DNA of 63,817 bases, filler included, from Octopus bimaculoides (lineage: Eukaryota), in the NCBI RefSeq assembly GCF_001194135.2. It is 7 parts of 7 records of this genome, joined end to end, with 100 filler letters (N's around TTAATTAATTAA, not from the genome) between each part and the next. Parts side by side here need not be neighbours in the genome. Positions count along the whole stretch, not along the records: positions 43,193 to 57,155 come from NC_068983.1; positions 57,256 to 60,667 come from NW_026422448.1; positions 60,768 to 63,817 come from NW_026396689.1; 4 more parts are not named here. One strand, written 5' to 3'. The notes beneath the pieces are model-generated. The model saw only the letters and a list, made by a program, of their open reading frames with translations. It was not told the DNA's origin and made no database searches. Both the position numbers and the translations under genes were made by a program. Within the stretch, counting starts at the first letter, position 1. Each line of letters begins with the position of its first letter. Below, one piece after another: positions 49,721-63,817 of this stretch.

Positions 49721-51884
49721 ATAGACTTCACCAAACAGAAAATCTTTATGCCTCACTATTATCTAGTGATAACATCCAATACTAAACTATTAGATTATTA
49801 AAACCTTAAGTTGTTCCTAATAAAACACTAAGAATAGCAAAAATCTGCAACTGACTTCATGTTAGAGGAAACTAAAAAGAACATTAGTACCAGGAGTGTG
49901 TAACCTGAATGCACTGACCATTTAATTCTGAAAGAGACAATCCTGCTGGCTCTCCTAATGTGTATAAAAAAGCTTAACTACCCTGCACTTAACCAGAGGT
50001 CTGGTTGTGCTGTCAAACCTCCAGACAGTCTTAATTTGTATTCTTCTTTCTATGAAGAGATTGTTGTAATCTAAACAACAGACAGGAGAGACAGTTTATG
50101 CAAATTTCTTTTCCAGAAGTTAGTCTTCTCACATGGATGTGATGAATATTAAATGGAGACTGGCATTGAAGACAACATTCAACACATAAAGTTTTTGCTG
50201 TTGTAGATAACTTAAATTTAAAAACATAAAATTAAGCCTTAGATCTACACAACAGTGTATCTTTTACAATACATCTCCCATACGATTCCATGAAGGAGTA
50301 TCTATGAGGTTGCTCAACCTACAAAAAATAGAAGCCAAATCTCACTCATAATCCACTCTACAGCTTAGAAAAATGGTAAAATACATTGGGCAATGCAGTC
50401 CTAGATATACTTATCTAAAAGAATGTCACAACTATTGATAAAATGCCTTTGATCATAGTTCTGCTGAAACAGAGCTGGCTTCGGAGTAAACAACAAGAAC
50501 ATCCACTAGATTATGTTGACCTGTATAAACTATTGTGTATTGTTTTGAAATAAGTGTGATTCCAGTTGGTAAACAAACTACCCATTTACAGAAAAATATA
50601 GTTTAGTTCTATTAGTAGCTGGTAAATAAAGTAAAGTAAATGAACCTTACATTAGTTTTGATGATTATTCTAGTAGTTCAATCAACTAAGCTACACACTG
50701 TAAGTACATTAGTGGCTAAGTATTCCAAAGACATGTGTACTCTCAATGTAATCTTCAGGCAAAATCAATGTGATGTATTTTGCGACAAAGCTAAACCTTT
50801 GAATTACATGGATGAGTCATCTGACTACCTAATTTCATTCACAAGGCTCAAATTGAAATGCAGCTATAGTAGAAGACACTTACTAAAGATATGAATGAAC
50901 CCCAAAACTCACAAAACCTCTGAATCATTCAGCCATGCTTATGTCCACCAGTAAATAGAACGTAAACATCTTTATAAGCTAAAATGTGGTTATTTCTGAC
51001 TTGGGATTAATATTTATTCTAACACATTTTTAATAAGTTGCAACTTTGTTCCTTACCCTAAGAAGAGTTTATCAAAAATAATAGAGAAGGTGGCAAAATT
51101 GGATTATTCTTGAACAGCATTAATTTAAAGTGATTTTTTTCTATTTGTCTCCAGCTAAGACTGGCTCTCATATAGTATAACATATGTTTACAGATTAGAG
51201 ATAACTTTGGGAAAATTTTAGCTTTGAGTCTTGAGTTAAAATGTTTGCTATAGTTAAATGGGTAAAAGCATTTTAATGCATGGAACATTAAAAAGCTAAA
51301 GTAGAAGGAAATATTCATTCAGAGACAAAAATATCATTTTGTGATTGTTATTTTTATTTTTGAAGTAGAAATATTCGAAAGACCATTCTGGACATGTTTT
51401 TGCTTAATGAAAATTCATCAGTAGGATTGTAGATTGCCAAAGTGTTTGAAAATGATTGTGAAACATATGATCTAAATAATATTCTGCACCAATGTCGTAC
51501 CAACTCTCTATTTCACCTCAGCCCCAAACCCAAGACAACTAGGTAGAGTTGAATTACAGATCTTTAATATGTTACTGTAAGTACCTCTTCTAATATTTAT
51601 ATCAATCTTCTAATTCTACTCTTGCTATAAATATTATACAAATTAAATATTTTTGCATAATTCCAATGTATAACAGAAAAAATATAGGATTGAAACAAAA
51701 ATTAGGCCTCTCAACTGATAAAATCAGTTATTGGAAATACTATGGGCAAGGAAAGGGTATGTTAAGTTGAGATTTTCCATCTGGTATGGCATCACAACAG
51801 AAATGTTTTAGTATGAAATATTGAGTAAGAAAGCAGCAGCTTTATTATCATTATTATTAATAATAATAATAATAATATTGTAGA

Positions 51885-52085
51885 CACGAGGCCTGAAATT
51901 TTGGTAGGAGGGGACTACTTGATTACACTGGCCCCAATGTTTCACTGATACTTAATTTATCGACCCTGAAAGGATGAAAGGCAAAGTCGACCTCAGCAGA
52001 ATTTGAACTCAAAATGTAGCAACAGACGAAATACCACTAAGCACTTCTCCTGGTATACTAACGATTCTGCCAGCTCACTACCTTT
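51885..52085 (-). mobile_element. Family A SINE
   Basis: Reverse complement of the family A head and body, next to an (AAT)n tract. Confidence 0.8.
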
Positions 52086-52118
52086 TTAATAATAATAATG
52101 ATAATGATAATGATGATG

Positions 52119-52182
<64 letters not shown>

Positions 52183-52805
52183 TAATGTGCTCAACAGAAA
52201 AAGATCATAAGTCTTTATAAAAAAATAGATAAGATAACTTGTTAAGTACATAACTACTGGAAAGATGCACAATGGAAGGTGAAAGATTGTTTCAAATCAT
52301 TAGTTTAGCTGAAAAAGTATTGGAAATGATGAGAGTATCATCACAGATGCTAAAACAAGACACAGTACAGTAAAGAACTTGTTACTTTTAGTAGTGTTTT
52401 AAAATATTTTACATGAGTTAAAATATTAAGAAAAGTTCAAGCAAAAAGCAAACCAAAATAGAAAAGAAAAAAAGAAACAATTTATTTTCAAGAATTACCA
52501 AATAACTTAAGACATGCTCAAGCATGTGTGACTATCCAGACTATTCATTTGATATCATGGATAAGAGTTTGATATTTCATACTAGGTTCTGGTGACAACT
52601 ATAATGTAAAGTAGTTTTTAAAACAGTAAATGTAACGGAAGAAAAGGTTATAGAAATATTTTGACAGATAGATTTTTTTCTGTTTTTCTTCAAGAGACTA
52701 ATGAAGCAGAAATTTACTTGTTTTAATATTTTATGTTTAGTGAAGCTACACTGTGACTGATTATTGGGTGTGTCAATCATTCACAATACTACTTCACTTG
52801 ATTTT

Positions 52806-52845
<40 letters not shown>

Positions 52846-53700
52846 NNNNNNNNNNNNNNNNNNNNNNNNNNNNNNNNNNNNNNNNNNNNNNNNNNNNNNN
52901 NNNNNNNNNNNNNNNNNNNNNNNNNNNNNNNNNNNNNNNNNNNNNNNNNNNNNNNNNATATATATGTATATATATATATACATGGATATATCAAAATTAT
53001 ACATTATGTCATGATAAGCAACTGGAAACAAAGTAATATATGTGTGTGTGGGTGTTATATATATATATATATATATATATAATTATATATATATATATAT
53101 ATATATACATATATACATATATATATACATATATATACATATATACATATATATACATATATATGTATATATATACACATATATACACTGAGAGAGAAGT
53201 GAGAATAAAATACTTTAATAAGTTCTGTCACAAATGTGCAAAATTGTAAAATAGCATATTGAAGTAATAACATATACTTTATATAAATATATATACATAT
53301 GTGCTATGTGTGCTGTGTGTGCTGTGTGTGTGTGTCTGTGTGTGTACAGTAGGTAGATGCATATGAACTAACCTACAATAATAATCTAAGTGAGATATTT
53401 AACCATAAAGAGTGCTCTACTATAAAACTATGTGAATTAAGCAAGCAGGTATGGGATGAAGCTAAAGTATGTCTTATAATAAAAATACGGAAAATTTAGT
53501 CACATGTTCCATTGAGGACATCTAGATGTTTTGCTGTCTATTCACCTTATTAGCTGCTGTTGGACTGAAGACAGGAATTCATTCAGGCATACAATATATA
53601 GCAGCCGTTGACAATATGGATAACTGCTACATAGATTTACCAGGACCAAACAAATGAATGAAGTGTTCATTTAAATGTCAATGAGAATAAATAGGAGTAT

Positions 53701-53790
53701 TAGAAAAGTAGTGGGCAAATACCTTCAGAGAAAATACCCTAGAAAAGTAGTGGGCAAATACCTTCAAAGAAAATACCCTAGAAAAGTAGT
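53701..53790. repeat. 39-bp tandem repeat, about 2.3 copies
   Basis: TAGAAAAGTAGTGGGCAAATACCTTCA.AGAAAATACCC at 53701 and 53740, partial at 53779. Confidence 0.85.
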
Positions 53791-53809
53791 GAGAAAATAC
53801 AATTTGGGA

Positions 53810-53852
<43 letters not shown>

Positions 53853-53981
53853 CATGTGACTTGGTATTTTGGGTATTACGCCTACAATATTAAGGTCGTG
53901 GGTTTAAATCCTGGATGAGGTGCATTGTGTCCCTTGAGCAAATCACTTTGTTTCACATTGCTTTAGTTTACTCAAATGACA

Positions 53982-54348
53982 GTGGAGACGCAATGGCCCA
54001 GTGGTTAGGGCAGCAGACTCGCGGTCATAGGATAGCGGTTTTGATTGTGAGTGTTTATTGAGCGAAAACACCTAAAGCTCCATGAGGCTCCGGCAGGGGA
54101 TGGTGGTGAACCCTGCTGTACTCTTCCACCACAACTTTCTCTCACTCTTACTTCCTGTTTCTGTTGTGCCTGTAATTCAAAGGGTCAGCCTTGACACACT
54201 GTGTCACTCTGAATATCCCTGAGAACTATGTTAAGGGTACACGTGTCTGTGGAGTGCTCAGCCACTTGCACGTTAATTTCACGAGCAGGCTGTTCCGTTG
54301 ATCGGATCAACCGGAACCCTCGACGTCATAAGCGACAGAGTGCCAACA
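53982..54348 (+). mobile_element. Family B SINE with 12-bp TSD, nested in an older CORE-type SINE
   Basis: TSD ACTCAAATGACA at 53970-53981 and 54349-54360. The host SINE head and CORE-like block (GTGTCCCTTGAGCAAATCACTTT) lie at 53850-53970. Confidence 0.9.
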
Positions 54349-57255
54349 ACTCAAATGACAATGAATACTAGCTGGGTTCAGGTGCAGCACTCTCAGCTTC
54401 CAGCTGTCATATTCTTAACCCTTCAAACACTGAAAGCCGATATATCTGCTCAAAATTTTATTAACATTAACTGCAAAAAGCAGTTTTTCCTTATGACTTT
54501 GAAAGAAAAATCTCTCCTTATGCTGTGAAATGCGGAGACACTCCCTCAGTGACACTTCTTAAAAAGACGAGTCTTCAGAATTTCTTAATTTCATCAAATA
54601 TTTCTTTACAAAGCAAGACTCGAATACTTTTAGCAACAGGTATGGAAACTATCTACAGAAGATAATGAAAAAGTATTGTAGAAAAGAAAATATCAGTTTT
54701 ATTTTTTGTTGAATAATTAACATCATTATAGGAATGACCATGAAATGTAATTATGTCACCAAAGGGTCACATACACCAACAGGAACAGACAACCTCTGAC
54801 ACACACACAGACATGTGTGTATTCTTTATTTAGCATAAAAGTTATATTTGTTTGACTGCTGCTGCTACTGAAGGGGAGAGAATCACTTCAGGTTTTTTGT
54901 TGAGGAATTTGTATCTACATTACATTAAACAGTGAAGAGCTTACTTATATTTCTATATAATTCTGTTATTCATATCCATGAGATGTGAATGATGGAAAGC
55001 AAACTAAATCTAAAGCTATATAAAAGGTTCCTCCAATAAATAGTAAACCTTAAATGTCAGTCTTAAATCGCCACATTTTCTAAAAATGGTCTTTCACTTT
55101 GTTTCTTTTTCATCGGTTGTAAACCAGTATTTGTTTTTCAGTCAGTAGCCTAAAGCCAATATCAAAATCATCAGCTTCATCATTAGTGGAATGGGTTGAA
55201 CCAAACTTATTCATATTTTTCTATTTTAGTTATTTTTTTCTCCAGATTTAGTACTTTCTATATTAACCTTACCAACTCACCTATGAGTTGGTAAAGTTAC
55301 TTTATACCAAGCTCCTCAACCAGGATCCATACAACATTCTTGGGGGTTCATGCTAGTAAAATAATAAATTAGAGATCCACAATAGTATTTTAAGTGTCCA
55401 TGTAAAGTTTTGATTTAAATATATCTATAGCAAGAAACAGTTAGGTTTCTTTCTCTAACATTTCACATAGTTCAACCTAGGAATTTTGAAAGAAGTATCA
55501 ATAAAACAATTTTTTTAACCTTTTAGCATTCAGATTATTCTGTTGAGCATAATGTTTATTTATTCAAATTAGTTTGAATTAATCATGCATTATCTCTCTG
55601 CTTCTAGATTTCAATGATGTGATAGTATATTTTTAGAATGATTTTGTATGATAAGTGTGAAAGGCTGAATTTGATCAGTTTGAACACAAAACATGTAGAA
55701 TAGTTGGGCTTTACTAAAGGGTTAAACACTGAGTAGTTATGGGAGTTCTCGAGAATAAAATAGTAGCCAAAAGAGTCCATAGGTGAAAAATGTTTGAGGA
55801 CCATTAGAGTCAAAACTCTAATAAGAAACAATTCTACAATGAGGAAATGACATTATTTCAATAACTAAAGTCTTTCTCTTCCAACTTGTGGTGTTTGAGA
55901 CTTTTAGAGAGACTGGGCAACAACTAATGGCAAAGTTCTTGTCATTGTTGGCAGCTTGCCTCATCGAGGTGTCAAGTGATGCCCATGAGGGTGCTTGATT
56001 TTTCCAATACCTTAGCCTTGCCATTGCTAATGGCTAGCTTCAGTATGTTCCATTGAACCTTGTGGTGTATGACCAATTGATGCACTTAGTGTTGCATTGA
56101 TGTTTTTTCTTTCTTTTCGGGGGGAGGGGTTGTTTTCTTTGTCTTTCTATTATAAAATATATTCCTGTTCATATTTTGAATAAAAAATTCAGTATTAATA
56201 AAATATTTAAACAAGTGTGGGAGATAACTCTGGCCAGGTTTCATTCTCACTCTTGGTAAAGTATGAACTTGACTGTACTTGTTGAAATATTCAAAAGTGA
56301 ATGAATAAATAGAAGTATACACTAATAGCAAAACAATTGGCATATTTAGAAATAAACATATCACTAAGATAAATTATTTGGAAAGAGACTATCTGTATGA
56401 ACAGCAATAATTAAATTAGTCCTAACATATTTAATGCAGTGGACTAAGAAAATTTAATTAAAAGTAGCTTTATGGTGGGGAAAATTATTTATACTCAGAT
56501 TTTTGATGATCTTGGAGTAAGTCATCTAAAACAGATCTGGCCATAGGATTTCAACTGCAATAACTACATTTACAAACTACACTGAACTGAATGTCTCTCA
56601 TAGCAAGCCAACACATTTGTTTCATTTTATTTATAATATTTATACTTCATGTGCAAAGAAATTTAATTAACCTTGAGAAATTTTACAAGCTGCTAATCTC
56701 ATCTCTTTCAGCAAATCACTATTTTTCACATGACAATCTTCATTTGACATTAAGTTGGAGTCACACTCACTAGATTCTTTTCCTACATAGAGTATGTGAG
56801 TATTAGTATCTTATGAGAAATAATAGTGATTCTGAATTTAATCTAAGAACATAATAAATACAATATATGATAACAAATGAAAATCAAATTCTTTGAAATG
56901 TAGTAATTTACAAAAAAATAATATATATATATATCATCATCATCGTTTAACGTCCGCTTTCCATGCTAGCATGGGTTGGACGATTTGACTGAGGACTGGT
57001 GAAACCGGATGGCAACACCAGGCCCCAGTCTAATTTGGCAGAGTTTCTACAGCTGGATGCCCTTCCTAATGCCAACCACTCAGAGAGTGTAGTGGGTGTT
57101 TTATGTGTCACCCGCACGAAAACGGCCACGCTCGAAATGGTGTCTTTTATGTGCCNNNNNNNNNNNNNNNNNNNNNNNNNNNNNNNNNNNNNNNNNNNNT
57201 TAATTAATTAANNNNNNNNNNNNNNNNNNNNNNNNNNNNNNNNNNNNNNNNNNNN

Positions 57256-57780
57256 TCATTTTTTCAAAGCTATAATGTAAGTGCCAAAGGAGCATATTCG
57301 ATATATCTTGCTTTATGAGTTCAATAAAGGCAACAACGTAACGGAAAGTGCGGAGAATATTAATTCAGTAGATGGAGATCGGACAATAAGCGTAAGCCAG
57401 TGTCAACGGTAGTTCCAGAAATTCTGACGCGGAAACTACCGCCTAGTAGACGAACCTCTACGTGGAAGATCTGTAGAGCTCGACGAGGATGTCCTGCAAA
57501 GTCTGGTGGGACAAAATCCCATCGTAACTGTTCAAGAACTAGCAGGGTGGCTTGGATTTGGTCATTCAGCCATTCATTGACACCTGCATATGATCGGAAA
57601 ACGACCATCTTTGGTTTCAAAGCAAAAGGTGTTTTATTGTCAGGATATTGCTCGGCCACATATAGCGAGGATGACATTTCAAAGGCTGGTGCAGTTTGAA
57701 TGGGGAATGATGCCTCAGCCACGATATTCGTCGGACATTCCCCTATCTGATCATCGTTTATTCCACAGTCTTCTATCTCT
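57256..57780 (+). mobile_element. Internally deleted mariner of the same family as 35183-36165
   Basis: IRYILLYEFNKGNNVTESAENIN...SVSQCQR...HLHMIG, joined directly to KRPSLVSKQKVFYCQDIARPH...PRYSSDIPLSDHRLFHSL. Confidence 0.85.
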
Positions 57781-58090
57781 TGTATTGTATTTGAATTGCC
57801 CGCAGCCATTTGTCTATATGTTGGCTTCCACTTCCCAAGGCACTGATTGTTATAGGCACGACCATTACTGTTTGCAGACTTCAAATTCTTCCTATTTCAA
57901 GTTTAAATGTAAATTTTAATTGTTTTTGTTTTTCTATCTCTTTCTTTACGATCCCAGAATCAAACAGTCATAATATGTCAATTTGTAAGCAACTTGGCTT
58001 TTCCTTATCTATAATTGTTATATCTGGTCTATTATTTTCTTATTTCTTGCCTGACTTCAGTACTGTTTCGACCCGATGATTGCACCATGC

Positions 58091-58194
<104 letters not shown>

Positions 58195-58203
58195 TATTAT
58201 TAT

Positions 58204-58471
58204 TAAGGCGGCGAGCTGGCAGAATCGTTAGCACGCCGGGTGACATGCTCAGCGGTATTTCGTCTGCCGATACGTTCTGAGTTCAAATTTCGGCGAGGTC
58301 AACTTTGCTTTTCATCCTTTCGAGGTCGATAAAATGAGCATCAATTGCGTACTGGGGTCGATGGAATCGACTATACCCCCTTCCCCAAAATTTCAGGTCT
58401 TGGTGTCTATAGTAGAAAGGATTATTATTATGAAGGCGGCGAGCTGGTAGAATCGTTAGCAAGAATCGTTA

Positions 58472-58509
<38 letters not shown>

Positions 58510-58730
58510 GAAAGCGGCGATGTGGCAGAATTGTCAGCACTCCAGGCGAAATGCTGAGCGCTATTTCAGCTGCCGTTATGTTCTGACTGCAAATACCGGT
58601 GAGGCCGACTTTGCCTTTCATCCTTTCGGGGTAGATAAATTATATACCAGTTGCGTACTGTGGTCGATGTAATTGACTAGTTCCCTCCCTCACATTTCAG
58701 GCCTTGTGCCTATAGTAGAAAGGATTATTA
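58204..58730 (+). mobile_element. Tandem family A SINEs (full, 30-bp stub, full) in (ATT)n
   Basis: Heads at about 58204, 58432 and 58512, each preceded by an ATT repeat; tails GT.TATAGTAGAAAGGATTATT. Confidence 0.85.
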
Positions 58731-59034
58731 TTACAATTATTAGCATCGCAATTTTTACTTGTTGTTGAGATTCCAGTATCGTAAGCATTTATATTTTTTA
58801 AAGTTATTTGTTTATCCATTTAATTTTGGAAAATGATTTAAAAGGCATTTATCTAATTATACGACTATACTTAAGTATATGCCATTCACAGATTAACGTC
58901 ATTGTGTGTTTTATTTGTAAATTGTTATCTTTCAGTGTGTTTGTGTTTGTGTGTGTGTATATATAAAGAGTGGAATTTCATTATAATTATTTTTAATGAA
59001 TTAAAAATGAAGAATAACACCATAGATTCCATTC

Positions 59035-59093
<59 letters not shown>

Positions 59094-60279
59094 GCATCTT
59101 TATATTTATACATTCTGCCAGTAATATTACCTTCCAAGGGATTTCGACTTGTATGAATAGTTTTCTTCTTAATGAGAAAGCATATAATCACTTCCTGCTA
59201 TCTTCGCCAGCGGCAGAATGCGCACCAACATGAGATTGTTGTCTCTATTGCATGAATCTATGTTGTTGGAAATACCTTATTTTAGTTTCATCAGCCGTAC
59301 CCTTTCGTGCTGGCTTAGGGTAGGTTGGAAGTGGGTATGAATTTTGGAGTTTTTCTTCTCCTAGATTGTCTTCTTTCATCGCAATTAGGGAGCTCAATTT
59401 ACCCTTACGAACATCTAATTCATTCTTACATGGGACCCAAGCAGCGACTGCCGGACTGGATCAGAACGGGCCTGTGAGCAATAGTAATTAAGATGTGTCT
59501 CCATGCCTTCCACAACTTCAGAACTCACAAACTGGAGCCTCACCACAGTACGCAGTTTAATGTGATTCTCAGGAGAAAAATAAAGCATGTACATACATAC
59601 ATACATACATACATACATACATACATACATGCATGCATGCATACATACATGCATACATACTTACATATAACTGATAACTAAGATCGGCTGAAGTGCTTCA
59701 TGAGGACATACATGCAAAAATATATGCACTATCCATATACATATTATACATATATGCGTATCTGTCTGTGTGTTTCTAATTAATGTCATTTATTTGATTT
59801 TATTTATCTGTATGTCTTTGCCTCTGTCTTCATAAATACATACATGCATACATAAATACATGCATACATACATGCATGCATACATACATGCATGCATACA
59901 TACATGCATGCATACATACATGCATGCATACATACATGCCTACAGATATTTTATTTCTAGTAAAAAATTATACACACTTATTGATGTATCACTCACTATG
60001 ATTATGTAGTGTCAATATTGGATAATATACATTTCTCTTCTGAACGTGGCATAAATAGCACGAAATATTCTGCGGTGCGAATAGTGGGCAACTAATCTAG
60101 AAACAGCCGTAAAGTACTACCTACACACATCTTTTCCATCATTTACAAGTCTTTCCATAGTAACAGCACTGATCTACTAACCTGTGTAACTTCATACCAA
60201 CTCTACGGACTTGTTTTCTACATCAAACAGAAATGTAGCTCCCTACATCTGATCCACGACGAATGTGTATGTGTGTGTG

Positions 60280-60530
60280 AAGGCGCATGGATTAGTGGTT
60301 GGGATGTTGCACTCACGATTGAGAGATTGTGGGTTCGATTCCCAGACCTGGCGTTGTGTTGTGTTCTTGAGCAAAGCACTTCATTTTCACGTTGCTCGTC
60401 GATCATTTCGATATCTGACGTGTAGCACCCAGTTGCACCTGTACAGGTAATATCGATTTGATGGAGGAAGTGAGTTTATATCTACACAAACATTTGATCA
60501 GTATAAACAAATCACCTGTGTGGTTGCACG
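60280..60530 (+). mobile_element. tRNA-derived CORE-type SINE (another family)
   Basis: GGCGCATGGATTAGTGGTT (A box), GGGTTCGATTCCC (B box), GTGTTCTTGAGCAAAGCACTT (CORE-like). Confidence 0.75.
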
Positions 60531-60627
60531 GTAAGAAATTGTCGAACCCTCATACGTCGTCTAACGACGGGAGAGTCCGTTATATACATATATATATATA
60601 TACATATATATACATACATATCTATAC

Positions 60628-60667
<40 letters not shown>

Positions 60668-60899
60668 NNNNNNNNNNNNNNNNNNNNNNNNNNNNNNNNN
60701 NNNNNNNNNNNTTAATTAATTAANNNNNNNNNNNNNNNNNNNNNNNNNNNNNNNNNNNNNNNNNNNNTATACATATACATATATAAACACATATACATAC
60801 ATAACTGTTTAATAATGCCCTTGTAGTTCTTTGTAACTAGAATGATATATTTGAGATTTTCTATTATATAGAATTAGAAAAATATGTTTGGAGGCATTA

Positions 60900-61005
<106 letters not shown>

Positions 61006-61124
61006 CATTATTATTATTTTGATTGTTATCATCATCCTCATCATTACTATTATAATAACTTTTGCCTATATTAGAAAAGATTATCATTATTATTATTACT
61101 ATTATTATTATCATTGAGCGAGAG

Positions 61125-61670
61125 AACAGTACATGCCACCAAAGAGACGCCGGGGTACAAATATACGGAGCCCAGAATACCCATCATGACTACCCGTCTG
61201 AAAAGGGTACACCAGGCACATGCATCACAACCACATGTGAATGACATAATGATCTCATATCAAGAAAATCAGCGCATGACCTTGCAGGTGAGGCCCAGTT
61301 AGAATTTTCTTCAGGTCGGGTAGCCCATCCCGCTCGAAAGGTCCCTGAATAAGGTTTGTTTAAGGATGTTGAGCAAAACACCCATGTTTACAAAGGTGAA
61401 TTATTCAAACCGCAAAGAATTCCTCTCAACACATGGCTATGATGCTTCCCCATTACTTCTGCTCGTGATCAGAGATGCACATATTGTCAGCCAATAAGGG
61501 ACATGCTCAACTGGTTAAGGTCAAACAACTGACAAGCAAATCTGTGGTATGAGCAAAATATTTGCTGTAGCCCATCTTTTTATACGAAGACAAAACAATG
61601 TACATGATAACACTTCCAATCAGTTAAGATCAGAAGCCATGAGAGCCACTGCCTGGTATTGCATCCGGGC

Positions 61671-61680
<10 letters not shown>
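61125..61680 (-). mobile_element. Family E repeat, second copy, inside an (ATT)n array
   Basis: Colinear with 12590-13145 and flanked by (ATT)n on both sides. Confidence 0.85.
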
Positions 61681-61742
<62 letters not shown>

Positions 61743-61750
61743 CATTATTG

Positions 61751-61787
<37 letters not shown>

Positions 61788-62221
61788 CATTATTGTTATT
61801 ATTCATCATCATCATTATCATCATCATCATCATTATCATTATTTTTATTATTCTTGTGTTATAAAAAAAATGCATTCTACCATTAGGTGTTAATTTCTGT
61901 TTTTGCCATGTTTAACCAAAGTATGGCACTGAGCAGTGGCCAAGCTTACAGTATGTAAACCGTCCCACTAGTATAGAAGCTCGATCTAATCTGAAGAATC
62001 ATCTTAAATATTGTACAAATTATAATTATTCAAAATTTCAATCAATTGCCAAGATGTTTTCTTGAATATAACAACCTTTATCTTTTCGTTACTTAACTCT
62101 TATTGACGTCCCGGATAACAACTATTTAACCATTGTCTTTTGCCTGTGAATCATACAATTATATGTGTGTATATGTGTGAATCTCAGTCCCTTTCCCTCT
62201 TACGCGTTCTTCAAACAGGTC

Positions 62222-62256
62222 TCTTCTGATGACGGACTCTCACCGAAACGTTATGA
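62222..62256 (+). ncRNA. Minimal type I hammerhead ribozyme motif (weak stem I)
   Basis: TCTT-CTGATGA-C-GG actctca CC-GAA-ACGT-T-ATGA. The core is intact, with a palindromic ACGT stem III and a GUU triplet as in the 11630 motif. Stem I pairs at 3 of 4 positions. Confidence 0.6.
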
Positions 62257-62395
62257 ATCTTTGCTTTCCTTTTAACCTTTAAGCTAATGAAATATTTTCT
62301 CGCGAACATCCATTTGCAATATACATATATACATGCATACATATATATCTGTAGGGCGTGTATACATATTTATATATTTATATATATATATATAT

Positions 62396-62430
<35 letters not shown>

Positions 62431-63188
62431 TACGTATGATCATGTGTATGTATATAAGTATATATATTGTTTTATTCTTTTACTTGTTTCAGTCATTTTT
62501 CACTGTAGCCATGCTGGAGCACACCCTTTTGTTAAAAATACGGTTTTTGTCTTCGGTGGGTGAGAGAATGGAATATGCAGTGAATTCAGTATTTCCAATG
62601 AGGGGAGGGAGGGGAGGAAGGGTGGAGAGATATTCAGACAGAAAGACAGAAAAACAGATAAATATATTTGTTTTGTTTACGTCAAAAATATATATTATTT
62701 CTGCATTCACAGCTCCACACTACTAAACTGATGAGCACAAACAGACAAAAACGTATGTCTATAACTCTAGCATCACTTCCGGGGAATTATACACTTATTA
62801 TCTACTAATTATCTCCCCTTCTCTTTGGAATTCTCAACAAGTCCTGCCAGGCTTTATTCTTCTTTTCCATATGAAAAGGGTAATTTTGCGCAAAAGAAAA
62901 GATTTATTGCGTTAGGTACTTGGACGTTCTTAACTTGACGTTCAAAGAAAGGGAAAACGTTGCTATATGGTTTTGGACACTAGCCTTGTTCAGAATATGG
63001 TTTCAGATTGTATAGAAAGGAAAAAAATATGTAGTAGGAGAGCAAAGAACAATGGAAGTTGAGAAAGGAATACAGAAAAGTGAAGAATAATGAGATAGGT
63101 AAACATGATGAGGGGAGAGAATAGTAGTAATATGATGTAAAGATACGACCAAATCCAAGATGGTAGTCTAATTCTATAACCCCTGTGG

Positions 63189-63257
<69 letters not shown>

Positions 63258-63314
63258 NNNNNNNNNNNNNNNNNNNNNNNNNNNNNNNNNNNNNNNNNNN
63301 NNNNNNNNNNNNNN

Positions 63315-63349
<35 letters not shown>

Positions 63350-63817
63350 TGTGTGTGTGTCTTTGTGTCTGTGCTCGTTCCCCAACACCGCTTGACAACT
63401 AGCGTTGGTTTGTTTACGACCCGGTAACTTAGCGCTAGAATAAGTATCAGGCTTTAAAAAAGTTCGACTAAAACTCTTCGGAGCCGTGTCCCAGCATGAC
63501 CGCAGTCTAATGAATTCGAGGTTTGGCTTGTGGAAACGAAGATATGTTCTCAATACGATGCTGTTGGTGTCATTCTATATTATAATAAAATAAATGTTTA
63601 TCATTGCAAGTTTAGGCTATTTTAACTTATTTTTGTTCAGATATATATAATAGTTATATGAGGGTTAAAGATGCGAACATATTATGTAAGAAACTGGATT
63701 TTGGATAAGTGGTTACATGGCATTGTTTATTATAATATAAGATAGGAGACAGCACCAGTGTCTCTACAAGTATATACTGTATTACATATATATGTTTAAA
63801 CATATCTATATATATAT

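Noticed and set aside
53701-53790. 39-bp repeat as a CRISPR array or 13-aa repeat protein
   Set aside because: There are no spacers, only about 2.3 copies, a eukaryotic context and no splice or domain support.
55818-56100. 68-aa ORF as a second TULP4 exon or ribosomal-protein pseudogene
   Set aside because: No frame aligns convincingly to TULP4 or to L7Ae-family proteins as I recall them, and there are no clear splice sites.
61400-61680. HDV-like ribozyme at the 5' end of family E
   Set aside because: I could not build consistent P1/P1.1/P2/P3 pairings by hand; a covariance search would be needed.

Overview
This is a gappy, AT- and microsatellite-rich eukaryotic scaffold. Its SINE, RTE and mariner repertoire looks like an octopus genome (probably Octopus bimaculoides; assignment from recall, not a search). 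Host genes on the minus strand: (1) a FoxG forkhead gene at 21361-25732, apparently one ORF of about 1,450 aa swollen by homopolymer tracts; (2) a single TULP4 exon encoding the last WD40 strand and SOCS box at 45919-46146; (3) a solitary, structurally intact 5S rRNA gene at 1992-2110. The rest is TE debris: an intact Penelope-like RT ORF running off the left edge (missed by the ORF track), GIY-YIG, R4/Dong, RTE, Ty3/gypsy, Helitron, mariner/Tc1 and MITE fragments, and dozens of tRNA-derived SINEs. The most interesting signal is a set of type I hammerhead ribozyme motifs in three unrelated repeats (11630-11675, 29004-29055, 62222-62256) plus several half-motifs. One lies inside a TSD-flanked tRNA-headed SINE, suggesting a ribozyme-bearing SINE or retrozyme system linked to Penelope-like elements. 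Artificial TTAATTAATTAA spacers show that long-range adjacency depends on scaffolding. All family names come from motif recognition, and most repeat boundaries are approximate.
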